Origin: Methylorubrum extorquens
Lineage (GTDB): Bacteria > Pseudomonadota > Alphaproteobacteria > Rhizobiales > Beijerinckiaceae
Length of the DNA: 32,000 nt
Direction of reading: 5' to 3'
Assembly: GCA_900234795.1 (NCBI GenBank)
Contig: LT962688.1
Span: 240,001 to 272,000, forward strand
In this document: piece after piece, positions 8,295 to 17,050 of the stretch
Numbering within the stretch: position 1 is the stretch's first letter
Layout of the letters: every line of letters begins with the position of its first letter
Program-made: the position numbers and the translations under genes
Notes under the pieces: model-generated
Database searches by the model: none
The model's input: the letters and a program-made list of their open reading frames with translations, nothing else
Told to the model about the DNA's origin: nothing

Positions 8295-8888
8295 TTAGAA
8301 ACGGCTCCGTTTGGCAAGTGCACGCCCGACGGCCCAAAGTAGACCGTCGATAGCCGACCGCAGAGCTGGCCCATCATGCCCTGCAACGTCATCAACTGCA
8401 CGGCGTGCTTGAAGGGCATAGGTCGCGATCTGATCGAGCGGCGGTTCGTTCCGGTTTGGTAGGACGAAGAGTGCGCGATCTTCCGCCTGCCCGTTCAGTT
8501 TACCTTCGGTGATATCAACGACAATGCCTCGTCCGAGGACTTTTCCTGTTTGAGTATTGCGCTTGTAGTGCCCCCGAGCCAGCACCCAACGCACGCCACG
8601 CTCGGCGGAGCACACGCGATACTCAACAACGAACAATCCGCCCTGCTCGCAGACGCGATCGATGTTGGTAAAAAACTCGTCCTGGTCAGCAGGGAGAATT
8701 GCTTTCGTGTAAGCCGCCAGAGGCAATCCTATTGCGGCCTGCACTGGATCGAGACCGAACAACGCAGCGGTGATGGAGTCAGCAACGGTGCGATCGTTTG
8801 CGAAATCCGTTTCCCAAATGCCAACCTGAGACGCAATCAAGGCATCCGGCAGAAATCCAAGCCAGTATCGCTTTGTATCATACGGCAT
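8295..8888 (-). CDS. PAS domain-containing protein (197 aa, no output domain)
   Basis: GIWETDFANDRTVADSITAALFGLDP...ILPADQDEFFTNIDRVCEQGGLFVVEYRVCSAERGVRWVLARGHYKRNTQTGKVLGRGIVVDITEGK matches the PAS fold-3 pattern. GC is lower than in the core genes. Confidence 0.85.
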   Translation of the reverse strand: MPYDTKRYWLGFLPDALIASQVGIWETDFANDRTVADSITAALFGLDPVQAAIGLPLAAYTKAILPADQDEFFTNIDRVCEQGGLFVVEYRVCSAERGVRWVLARGHYKRNTQTGKVLGRGIVVDITEGKLNGQAEDRALFVLPNRNEPPLDQIATYALQARRAVDDVAGHDGPALRSAIDGLLWAVGRALAKRSRF

Positions 8889-8991
8889 ACTGTGACACCC
8901 AAGCGACGCTTAAAATATGTAGACGACTAAAGGAAAAACCTCCGTCAAGTTCCATACTGTTCGTTCTGGCAGCGAGGGGAAGTCGTAGGGC

Positions 8992-9327
8992 ATGAGCACC
9001 GATTCTCTCCCGCGCTGTAATCAGCTGACTTCCATGACAGATTCGATGCGCCTGCGAGAACTCGCGGATGCGCTTGGCGTTCCAGTAGCTGCGTTCGAGG
9101 TTTCGAAAGAGTTTCAGCCCCTCGCTGAAGATACAGACGGCAATCTCTGGTTGTTGATGCTCGACATACAGGGCAAACCCGTCATCCGCCGGATCGGACA
9201 AGATTCGAAGCAGAACTTGATGGAAGAACGAGTTTCAGTCTTCCTGCAACGCGATGACGAAAGTTCCGCGCGTGATGCACTCGCCGCTCTCGTCGATCAG
9301 CTACTCGTGGCGCATTTTACGGATTGA
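8992..9327 (+). CDS. Hypothetical protein with a possible N-terminal HTH
   Basis: 111-aa ORF divergent from the PAS gene. MRLRELADALGVPVAAF resembles a helix-turn-helix start. Start is ambiguous (ATG at 8992, 9034 or 9046). Confidence 0.5.
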   Translation: MSTDSLPRCNQLTSMTDSMRLRELADALGVPVAAFEVSKEFQPLAEDTDGNLWLLMLDIQGKPVIRRIGQDSKQNLMEERVSVFLQRDDESSARDALAALVDQLLVAHFTD

Positions 9328-10232
9328 TACCGATTGCTTCCCACCCTCGACCTATCTGCGCATCCGGTATTATCGACGCAACGTTACGCCCCTCGTCTGG
9401 TTCGAGGCGACCGCCTCGCCAAATTCTACACCGCGCTCCGGGCAAACCATCCAGGTAGGGGCTTCGCGATCGTCGTGAACCGTGTCGCCCTGATGGACGA
9501 GACGACGGTTCATAGGGCAGGTCCAGCTTCGAACGACCCAACTGAACGCAACATCCTCCCGTCAACGTCGCTCACGACTCCGGCCGTGTACGAGAAGATG
9601 CGGACACTCCGCGTCCGGACTGGACGGCGTGACCTTGTAAGGCTGCGCCGCGTGGACGTGTCCAAGCAGTCGGCGGGCAGAAATCTCCGCCTCCCTTCGC
9701 TCCAGAGGCCAATTTTTATTCCGTGTTGGCCGAGCCTCGATCCAAGGTGCTTCCTTGGGCATCCGACACGCGCGTCGTCCAACCCAGCCCCATCCCGGGC
9801 ACTTCCTACGCGCTGACCCTTCGATCGACCCAGTTCGCATTATACCCGTTTCCTCGTGGGATAAGTTGGCACGATTTCTCACGTGACGCGTTTTCGTCCA
9901 AGCACGCTGGACTTGGACTGCAACGACCCCTTCCATGGAGGAAGTCGACGTCAATAAGAACCAAGTCAATTCCGACAAAGCTTAAGCCGTTCCGGCGGTG
10001 TTCCCGCGAACATTTAATATGACCTCAATTCAAAATGTTTAGCAGAATGAAATTGCGACATGATTATCAACGTAGACGTTTTAGTCATCTATCGTCGACA
10101 CTATGAGCTTACTGATTCACTTCGTGCCAGGCCTATTTGGATAAGGCCCGAGATATCCATCAGCAGCCTCTATTTACGCATGCCTCGTTCGAAGTCGCAT
10201 GCCGTAAGGGGAACGGGGCGGGAGTTCACCCA

Positions 10233-12164
10233 ATGAACTCCTCCGAGATGGGTCCGGACGCCAAATCCGGCCGATCGCCTGATGTCTCTGCAGCGAAGCG
10301 GATCGCGGCGATCCCGACCATGCTCGAGATCGTCTGTCGCTCCACGGGCCTGGGCTTTGCAGCCGTGGCGCAGGTGACGGACGCGACGTGGCTGGCTTGC
10401 CGAGTCAGGGATGACGCCGGTTTCGGCCTTCAGGCGGACACCGTGCTTCGCGCGGACGCGATGCCCTGCCGGGAAGTGCGGCGGCATCGACAGCCGGTCG
10501 TCATCGACGATGTTGGCCCGGATACGGCGGTGCTTGGACTTTCGAGTTCCGGATCTTTCGGCTTTCGCAGCTACATCTCCTTTCCGATTACGATGCCGGA
10601 TGGGGAGATCTTCGGAACACTTTGCGCCATCGGAAAGGAGCCCGCCGCTCTGGATCGCCCAGAGATCACGGGCCTTTTCCAGCAATTCTCCGAACTGATC
10701 GGGCTTCTCCTCGACGCGCAGCGGCAGCCCCCCGTCGCCCGCCCTCAGCTTGAGGAGGTGGGGTTCGCATCTTGGGAGCGGAACGAGCCGTTGAGGGCTC
10801 TGATCGAGCATCTGCCGGTCGGGGCTGGGCTGTTCGGGTCCGACGGTCAGGCCCTCGTCGCAAATGCCATTCTGCAGCCTCTTCTGTCACAGGGCCGCGT
10901 GCCCGGTGCCGATCCCGATGCGGCCTCGCATTGGACCGGTTATGCGGGCGACGGCACCGTCCTCGATCCGCGCGATCATCCGTTTGCACGGGCTTTGCGT
11001 GGCGATCGCGTCCCGGGCACGCGCTTCCATCACCGCGGGGACGACGGAACCGGGCGGTGGACACGGATCAGCGGAGTGCCTCTCCCGGGAACGACCGACA
11101 ACGCACGCACCCAAAACGGAAAGGAGCCGGCCGTACTCCTCTTCGCCGAGGAAGAGCGCGAGGTGGCAGAAATTCGACGCGCGAGCGACGAGCGCTTCCG
11201 GCGGTTTGCCGAACATTCGACCAACGTCTTGTGGCTCGCCGACTTGGAGAGCCGCCGACTGACTTACCTCAATCATGCCCTCCAGCGTGTCTGGGGCGTC
11301 GCGCCGGAGCAGCTGCCCTCCCTCGAAAGCTGGCTTGAAACGATCCATTCGGACGACCGCGACAGCGTTGAGCGCACGCTCGAACGGGTCTGGGATGGTG
11401 CGGCCGTCGTCCAAGAGTACCGCATCCTGCGCCCGTCGGACGGCGCTGTGAGGCGGATCCGTGAGACAGTCTTCCCGATCGCCAGGGAGGATGGCCGCGT
11501 TCGCCAGCTGGGTGGCATCGCCGAAGATGTCGCGGGTCACACCGGCGCGCGGATCTACCTCGTGGACGAGGATTCGCCCGCGCGACGGGCGCTGCTCGGG
11601 CTGCTGCAACGCGCTGGCTACGAGGTTCAGGTCTTCGCGAAGGCCGCAGCGCTGGCGGAGGTCGCAAGCGCTCTGCAGCAGGGTTGCGTCATTCTCGACA
11701 TCGAGTCCGCCGGACCGGAAAGCCTCACGGTGGCGAAAGCGCTCAGGGCCGGCCGGCTCGCCCTGCCGGTGGTCGTGATCGGGCGCAGCCAGGGCGATGT
11801 CGGCTTCGGTGTGCGCGCCATGAAGGCCGGCGCCGTCGATTACCTTGAAAAGCCGTGCGAGCCGGCGGTGCTGCTCACCGCCGTGTCGGCCGCGTTGGCC
11901 GAACTGCGCACCGACACCGAGCGCAGCCACGCACATGACGACGCCAAGCTTCGCATCGCGGCCCTTTCGCCCCGAGAACGGGAAGTTCTGGAGGGATTGC
12001 TGGCAGGCGGCACGAACAAGTCGATCGGCCGGGCACTCGGCCTCAGTCCGCGCACCGTGGAGATCCACCGAGCCCGCGTGATGGAAGCGCTCGGGGCGCG
12101 CACCCTGCCGGAGGCGGTGCTGACGGCGGCCAGGGCCGGGGTACAGCCCACCGAAAGTCAATGA
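10233..12164 (+). CDS. GAF-PAS-PAS-REC-LuxR(HTH) hybrid response regulator (FixJ/NarL-type output)
   Basis: - ATG at 10233 with GGGAG 8 nt upstream.
- GAF-like N-terminus (IPTMLEIVCRSTGLGFAAVAQVTD...SYISFPITMPDGEIFGTLCAI).
- Two PAS segments (second: FRRFAEHSTNVLWLADLESRRLTYLNHALQRVWG...EYRILRPSDGAVRRIRETVFPI).
- Receiver domain (IYLVDEDS...CVILDIES...MKAGAVDYLEKP).
- LuxR HTH (LSPREREVLEGLLAGGTNKSIGRALGLSPRTVEIHRARVMEAL). Confidence 0.9.
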   Translation: MNSSEMGPDAKSGRSPDVSAAKRIAAIPTMLEIVCRSTGLGFAAVAQVTDATWLACRVRDDAGFGLQADTVLRADAMPCREVRRHRQPVVIDDVGPDTAVLGLSSSGSFGFRSYISFPITMPDGEIFGTLCAIGKEPAALDRPEITGLFQQFSELIGLLLDAQRQPPVARPQLEEVGFASWERNEPLRALIEHLPVGAGLFGSDGQALVANAILQPLLSQGRVPGADPDAASHWTGYAGDGTVLDPRDHPFARALRGDRVPGTRFHHRGDDGTGRWTRISGVPLPGTTDNARTQNGKEPAVLLFAEEEREVAEIRRASDERFRRFAEHSTNVLWLADLESRRLTYLNHALQRVWGVAPEQLPSLESWLETIHSDDRDSVERTLERVWDGAAVVQEYRILRPSDGAVRRIRETVFPIAREDGRVRQLGGIAEDVAGHTGARIYLVDEDSPARRALLGLLQRAGYEVQVFAKAAALAEVASALQQGCVILDIESAGPESLTVAKALRAGRLALPVVVIGRSQGDVGFGVRAMKAGAVDYLEKPCEPAVLLTAVSAALAELRTDTERSHAHDDAKLRIAALSPREREVLEGLLAGGTNKSIGRALGLSPRTVEIHRARVMEALGARTLPEAVLTAARAGVQPTESQ

Positions 12165-12213
12165 GGGGCGAGGGGGGGGACGAGGGGAAGCCGCCGCTTC
12201 GGAGCAGAATGCG

Positions 12214-13086
12214 TCAGGCATTGAGTTTGTCGATGGCGGAGGGCCGCAGCGGGACCGCGGCCGGCTCCAGATAAGACGCATCGTATTCGGCCAGCAGCCT
12301 GAGCCCCTCGGGCTTCAAGATCGTGAGCCTGCGGCCGGAGAGCTCGATCAGGCCATCGCGACGCAGCTTCTGCAGGACGCGATTGATGTGAACGCACGAC
12401 ATGCCGAGTGTGTCGGCGAGATCGGCCTGCGTGATGGGGAAGCTGTACTGGTTACCGGGGGCGAGACCGGCCGTCCGCAGGCGCAGCAGCATCTCGCAGA
12501 GGAAGTGCGCCAGCCGCTCGGGGCCGGACCGGGAGCCGAGATTGGTGATCCATTCGCGCAGGGTCGCCGCCTCGGTGAGCCGAACCATCTGCAGGGCGCG
12601 GGCGATCCGCGGACGTCGCCCGATGAGATCTTCGTAGTCGGCACGCGGAATGAAAGCGAGTTGGCAGGCGGTCAGCGTTCCGACCGCGCAGTCCAGCGGC
12701 AGGCGGAAATCGAGATCGAGTTCGAACAGGTCCCCCGGTAGAAGGTAGGCCGTGATCTGCCGGCGCCCGTTCGTGAGGAACTTGTAGCGGCAGGCAAAGC
12801 CATCGAGCACCAGGATGGCGCTCTCCGGGACGTCGGACTGGTGCAAGAGTGGCGTCTGCGCGGCGAAGCGGCGGCCGTTTGCAGCCCACTCTTCCAGGTC
12901 CAGCAAATCGCCAGGGGTCAGATCCACATAGGTCGCAAGCTTGCGCGCCAAGGGATCACGCAACGGCTGCTCCATCCGCGCGCTCTGGACCGTCTCCGAA
13001 AAGACAGGCCCGAGGGCTTGAGACGCGACCGTCCCCACCTCGTCGAGGGGCGCTCGACCGGATGCGGCCACGAGCGGCGAGGTCAT
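12214..13086 (-). CDS. Crp/Fnr-family transcriptional regulator
   Basis: cNMP-binding-like domain (AILVLDGFACRYKFLTNGRRQITAYLLPGDLFE) plus a C-terminal HTH (ITQADLADTLGMSCVHINRVLQKLRRDGLIE). No FNR-type N-terminal Cys cluster. Start is uncertain: the ORF is open to 13167, and ATG candidates are 13167, 13113 and 13086. Confidence 0.88.
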   Translation of the reverse strand: MTSPLVAASGRAPLDEVGTVASQALGPVFSETVQSARMEQPLRDPLARKLATYVDLTPGDLLDLEEWAANGRRFAAQTPLLHQSDVPESAILVLDGFACRYKFLTNGRRQITAYLLPGDLFELDLDFRLPLDCAVGTLTACQLAFIPRADYEDLIGRRPRIARALQMVRLTEAATLREWITNLGSRSGPERLAHFLCEMLLRLRTAGLAPGNQYSFPITQADLADTLGMSCVHINRVLQKLRRDGLIELSGRRLTILKPEGLRLLAEYDASYLEPAAVPLRPSAIDKLNA

Positions 13087-13439
13087 GAGGCAATCCGATC
13101 GCTTCTGCCGCATTTGGTTCTGGTACTCAGCCTGACTAGTTCGCCACCCATGCGACATTCCGCGCATGGCCGCATCTGTTTCCTACCTAAGGTAGTTACC
13201 GAAGCAAGCGGGTTGCAGGCCTTTTCCGATCTAAAACGCTCGCGTCACTTTCTATGGCACCGAGCGGGGCAAGATCTCAGTGGCGGGCCGCGATAGCGTC
13301 AAACGCGCGGGCACGATAACTTAAGTGGATCTCGGGCAGTCGTGCCGCGCCCGGCTCGCGTCGTCACGGTTCGAGGAGCCGACCCGATGGCGCTCGTGGC
13401 GCAAGCACCTACCGACAGCCTACGAGATTCGGCACGACG

Positions 13440-15338
13440 ATGGTTTCCACCGGCTACAATCCGGCTCTCGTGGCGCTGTCCCTCGCCATCGCCGTGCTCG
13501 CCTCCTACACGGCGCTCGATCTCGGCGGCCGCGTGCGGGCCGCCGCATCCGGACTCGGCTGGGCTTGGCTTCTGGGTGCCGCCCTGGCGATGGGGGGCGG
13601 CATCTGGTCGATGCACTTCGTCGGGATGCTGGCCTTCGAGATGGGCCTGCCCGCCGCCTACGACCTCGGCCACACCCTCCTGTCCCTGCTCATCGCCATT
13701 GGGACGACCGGCGCGGCCCTGGCCTGGGTCGGCCGTCGGCGGGCCGGCCGCTGGGATGTCCTCGTCGCTGGCCCCGTGATGGGGATCGGCGTGGCGGCGA
13801 TGCACTATACCGGGATGGCCGCGATGCGGATGCCCGGCCATCTCGCCTACAGCGTGCCGGTCGTCGCGCTCTCGGTCGGGATCGCCATCACCGCGGCGAC
13901 CATCGCTTTGTGGCTGACCTTTAGACCCACGAGCGTCTGGCAGCGCTTCGCGGCCGCCCTGATCATGGGCGTCGCCGTGGCCGGGATGCACTATACCGGC
14001 ATGGCAGCCGCGACGATCACCGCCGAGGAAGCCGGCGCCCATTCCGCTCATCTCGCCGCAACGAGCGTGGATCAGCAGAATCTCGCCCTCTACGTCGCCG
14101 GGGTGACCTTCGTGATCCTGTTCCTCGCGATGCTCGCCTCCGCTTTCGATCAGCAGCGGATCCAGGGCGAGTTGCGGGCGAGCGAGGAGCGTTTCCGTGC
14201 CGCCGTACAGGCCGTGCGCGGCGTGTTGTGGACCAACGACCCGCAGGGGCGGATGACGGGCGAACAGCCCGGCTGGACCGCCCTCACGGGACAAACCCGC
14301 ACCGAGTACGAGGGCTTCGGCTGGGCCGACGCCGTGCATCCGGAGGACCGGCAAGCGAGCGTCGAGGCTTGGAATGCGACTGTCGCCGCCCGCAGCACCT
14401 TCCTGCACGAGCATCGGGTGCGCGCCCGGGACGGCCTGTGGCGACATTTCTCGATCCGCGCGATCCCCGTGCTCGACCCGCATGGCGCCATCCGCGAATG
14501 GGTCGGCGTCCATACCGACATCACGGAGCAGCGCGAGGCCGAAGCCGAATTGCGGGAGTCGAACGAGGAGATCCAGCGCTACGCCTACATCGTCAGCCAC
14601 GACCTGCGCGCGCCGCTCGTCAACGTCATGGGTTTCACGAGCGAGTTGGAGGCAGTGCGCGAAGAATTGCGCACGGTGCTGCGCGACCATCCGCAGGGCG
14701 CGCGGATCGATGAGGACATCACCGAGGCGCTGAGCTTCATCCAGGCGGCGATCGTCAAGATGGAGCGCTTGATCGCAGCCATCCTGAAGCTCTCGCGGGA
14801 GGGACGGCGCCGGTTCAGCCCGGAGCCGCTCGCGATGACGCCCGTAATCCGCGGCATCGCCGACGCGCAGCGTCATCAGGCCGGGCGCAAGGGTGTGACG
14901 GTGACGGTGGCCGACGATCTTCCCTCGATCGTCGCCGACCGGCTCGCCGTGGAGCAGGTCTTCGGCAACCTGATCGACAACGCTCTCAAATATCTCGATC
15001 CGGCCCGTCCCGGAACGATCGAGGTCACGGCCCGGCCTGCACCCGGCAACCGGATCCGTTTTGACGTCTCCGATACCGGGCGAGGTATCGCACCGCAGGA
15101 TCATGGCCGCATCTTCGAGCTGTTCCGGCGGTCCGGCACGCAGGATCAGCCGGGGGAAGGGATCGGGCTCGCCAGCGTGAAAGCTTTGGTGCGCGCGCTC
15201 GGCGGCCGGATCGAGATTTCGTCACAACCCGGTGTCGGCACAACCTTTATCGTGACGCTGCCGCGCGAGCCAGTTACAGGCCGAGGCGGGGCCGCGACAC
15301 TCGATCCTCCCGATACGATAAGCCTGGCCGCGGAGTAG
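13440..15338 (+). CDS. MHYT-domain / PAS sensor histidine kinase
   Basis: Three membrane repeats carry MHF/MHYTGM motifs (WSMHFVGM, AAMHYTGMAAM, AGMHYTGMAA). These are followed by a PAS segment (VLWTNDPQGRMTGEQPGWTALTG...), an H-box (YAYIVSHDLRAPL) and an HATPase region (NLIDNALKY, DTGRGI, GEGIGLA). Confidence 0.93.
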   Translation: MVSTGYNPALVALSLAIAVLASYTALDLGGRVRAAASGLGWAWLLGAALAMGGGIWSMHFVGMLAFEMGLPAAYDLGHTLLSLLIAIGTTGAALAWVGRRRAGRWDVLVAGPVMGIGVAAMHYTGMAAMRMPGHLAYSVPVVALSVGIAITAATIALWLTFRPTSVWQRFAAALIMGVAVAGMHYTGMAAATITAEEAGAHSAHLAATSVDQQNLALYVAGVTFVILFLAMLASAFDQQRIQGELRASEERFRAAVQAVRGVLWTNDPQGRMTGEQPGWTALTGQTRTEYEGFGWADAVHPEDRQASVEAWNATVAARSTFLHEHRVRARDGLWRHFSIRAIPVLDPHGAIREWVGVHTDITEQREAEAELRESNEEIQRYAYIVSHDLRAPLVNVMGFTSELEAVREELRTVLRDHPQGARIDEDITEALSFIQAAIVKMERLIAAILKLSREGRRRFSPEPLAMTPVIRGIADAQRHQAGRKGVTVTVADDLPSIVADRLAVEQVFGNLIDNALKYLDPARPGTIEVTARPAPGNRIRFDVSDTGRGIAPQDHGRIFELFRRSGTQDQPGEGIGLASVKALVRALGGRIEISSQPGVGTTFIVTLPREPVTGRGGAATLDPPDTISLAAE

Positions 15339-15340
15339 CG

Positions 15341-15787
15341 ATGCAGCCCCCATTTCATACCGTCAGCATCGTGATGATCGAGGATGACGAGGGTCACGCC
15401 CGGCTGATCGAGCGCAACATCCGGCGCGCGGGGGTCAACAACGAGATTCTGCCGTTTCGCGACGGGACCTCGGCCCTCGAATTCCTGTTCGGGGCCGACG
15501 GCACCGGCGAGGTGAGCGGGCGGCGCCACCTGCTGATCCTGCTCGATCTCAACCTGCCCGACATGACCGGCATCGACATCCTGGAGCGGATCAAGGCCAA
15601 TCCGCACACCAAGCGCTCGCCCGTCGTCGTCCTCACGACCACCGATGACAGCCGTGAGATTCAGCGCTGCTACGATCTCGGGGCGAACGTCTACATCACC
15701 AAACCCGTGAACTACGAGGGCTTCTCCAACGCCATCCGTCAGCTCGGGCTGTTCTTCTCGGTCATTCAGGTTCCCGAGAACTCATGA
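15341..15787 (+). CDS. Single-domain response regulator (receiver only)
   Basis: 148 aa: IVMIEDDEGHARL...LLILLDLNLPDMTGIDIL...PVVVLTTTDD...ANVYITKP. Starts 3 nt after the kinase stop. Confidence 0.93.
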   Translation: MQPPFHTVSIVMIEDDEGHARLIERNIRRAGVNNEILPFRDGTSALEFLFGADGTGEVSGRRHLLILLDLNLPDMTGIDILERIKANPHTKRSPVVVLTTTDDSREIQRCYDLGANVYITKPVNYEGFSNAIRQLGLFFSVIQVPENS

Positions 15788-16830
15788 GCGACGCGCCCCC
15801 CGCCTCCTGCCGCATCCTCTATATCGACGACGATCCCGGGCTTGGGCGCCTCGTTCAGCGCTCGCTCCAGGCACGGGGGCACCATGTCGAGCTGGCGGCG
15901 AGCGGCACGGACGGGCTGGCGCGGGCGCAGGCGGGCGAGATCGACCTCATCGCCCTCGACCATCACATGCCGGACCGGACCGGGCTCGAATTGCTGCCGC
16001 TGCTCCGGGCCCTGCCGGACGCGCCGCCGGTGATCTACGTGACCGGCTCCGAGGACAGCCGGGTTGCGGTGGCGGCCCTCAAAGCGGGCGCGGTCGATTA
16101 CGTCTGGAAGGACGTGCAGGGCCAGTTCCGGGAACTGCTCGGCGAGGCGGTCGATACCGCCCTGCGCCAGGAGACGCTGCGGCGCGACAAGGAGCGGGCG
16201 GAAGCCGCCGTCCGCGAGGCGCGCGACCGGGCGGAATTGCTGCTGCGCGAGGTGAACCATCGCGTCGCCAATTCCCTGACCCTCGTCGCGGCGCTCGCCC
16301 GAATGCAGACCAACGCCGTGACGGACCCGGCGGCCAAGGACGCGCTGGAAGAGATGCAGGCCCGCATCTCGGCCATCGCGGGCATCCACCGCCGGCTCTA
16401 CACGTCGGAGGATGTCGAGGCCGTGGAGCTCGATGCCTACCTGACCGGGCTCGTCGAGGAGTTGCAGCTCGCGATGAAGGCGTCCGGGCGCGACCATGCC
16501 ATCCGCCTGCGCGCGGAGCCGATCCGGCTGGCCACCGACAAGGCGGTGTCGCTCGGCGTCGTGGTCACCGAACTCGTCACCAACGCCTATAAGTATGCCT
16601 ATCCCGCCGAGACACAGGGCGAGATCCGCGTCCAGGTGATGCGCGAGAGCCCCGACACGCTCTCGCTTGCCGTGGAGGATGACGGGATCGGCTGGACAGG
16701 AGAGGGGGAGGCGAAGGGCACCGGCCTCGGTTCGCGCATCATCCGGGCCATGGCTTCCAACCTGCGCTCGGTGCTGACCTACGTTCCCGGCGCGAGCGGA
16801 ACCCGCGCGGTCTTGTCGTTTCAAGCCTGA
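15784..16830 (+). CDS. REC-domain / HWE-HisKA_2-family histidine kinase hybrid
   Basis: N-terminal receiver (ILYIDDDPG...LIALDHHMPDRTGLELL...KAGAVDYVWK), then EVNHRVANSLTLV (HisKA_2-type H-box) and ELVTNAYKYAYP...EDDGIGW...GTGLGSRII. Its ATG overlaps the upstream stop (ATGA). Confidence 0.92.
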   Translation: MSDAPPASCRILYIDDDPGLGRLVQRSLQARGHHVELAASGTDGLARAQAGEIDLIALDHHMPDRTGLELLPLLRALPDAPPVIYVTGSEDSRVAVAALKAGAVDYVWKDVQGQFRELLGEAVDTALRQETLRRDKERAEAAVREARDRAELLLREVNHRVANSLTLVAALARMQTNAVTDPAAKDALEEMQARISAIAGIHRRLYTSEDVEAVELDAYLTGLVEELQLAMKASGRDHAIRLRAEPIRLATDKAVSLGVVVTELVTNAYKYAYPAETQGEIRVQVMRESPDTLSLAVEDDGIGWTGEGEAKGTGLGSRIIRAMASNLRSVLTYVPGASGTRAVLSFQA

Positions 16831-16966
16831 CCCGGAGTGATGGCCCTGGAAGCGGTGCCTGAAGCACAACGCTGCAGGGCACTTTCTCGCCTGAAGGGAT
16901 GAACCGCGTCGGTCGAAACCGGTTACCCGCTCAACAGGTCTCCTGCCTGTTTCTCCGAGACTTCGA

Positions 16967-16997
16967 CCCGCCCGGCTCGGCCGGCGCGGGCTTTTTT
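16967..16997 (+). terminator. Rho-independent terminator downstream of the kinase operon
   Basis: CCCGCCCGGC-TCG-GCCGGCGCGGG forms a 10-bp stem with one bulge, followed by C and T6. It lies about 137 nt after the stop at 16830. Confidence 0.6.
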
Positions 16998-17050
16998 GTG
17001 GGGTCTCGCGATCCGAAACGAAGAGTCCGGCTTCAGCGAAACCCTGCCGT

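Larger units (their letters stand above)
5081..10130. other. Lower-GC, gene-poor accessory segment flanking tRNA-Thr (possible degraded genomic island)
   Basis: Composition is visibly different from the flanks, with AT-rich stretches at about 6650-6800 and 9950-10140. ORFs are few and short, one is phage-like, and several stretches have no convincing reading frame. No integrase, transposase or tRNA-end direct repeat was found, so the boundaries are approximate. Confidence 0.45.

Noticed and set aside
9370-9554. ATGA-coupled mini-ORFs on the minus strand: 14 aa after GGGAGG, then a 47-aa MNRRLVHQGDTVHDDREAPTWMVCPERGVEFG....
   Set aside because: The GGGAGG abuts the ATG with no spacer. Both ORFs are short with no recognisable family. 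They are treated as part of an apparently non-coding or decayed stretch rather than as genes.
5081-10130. Integrase, transposase or defence-system genes in the accessory segment.
   Set aside because: I read all listed ORFs and several unlisted frames. None showed recombinase (R..HxxR..Y), DDE, nuclease, ATPase or other defence-type motifs, so nothing could be supported.
16831-16966. 20-aa ORF (MALEAVPEAQRCRALSRLKG), or a small RNA, between the REC-HWE kinase stop and the downstream terminator.
   Set aside because: The GGAG lies only 2 nt from the ATG, and no conservation or structure can be assessed by eye. The 137-nt 3' region is noted but no feature is claimed.
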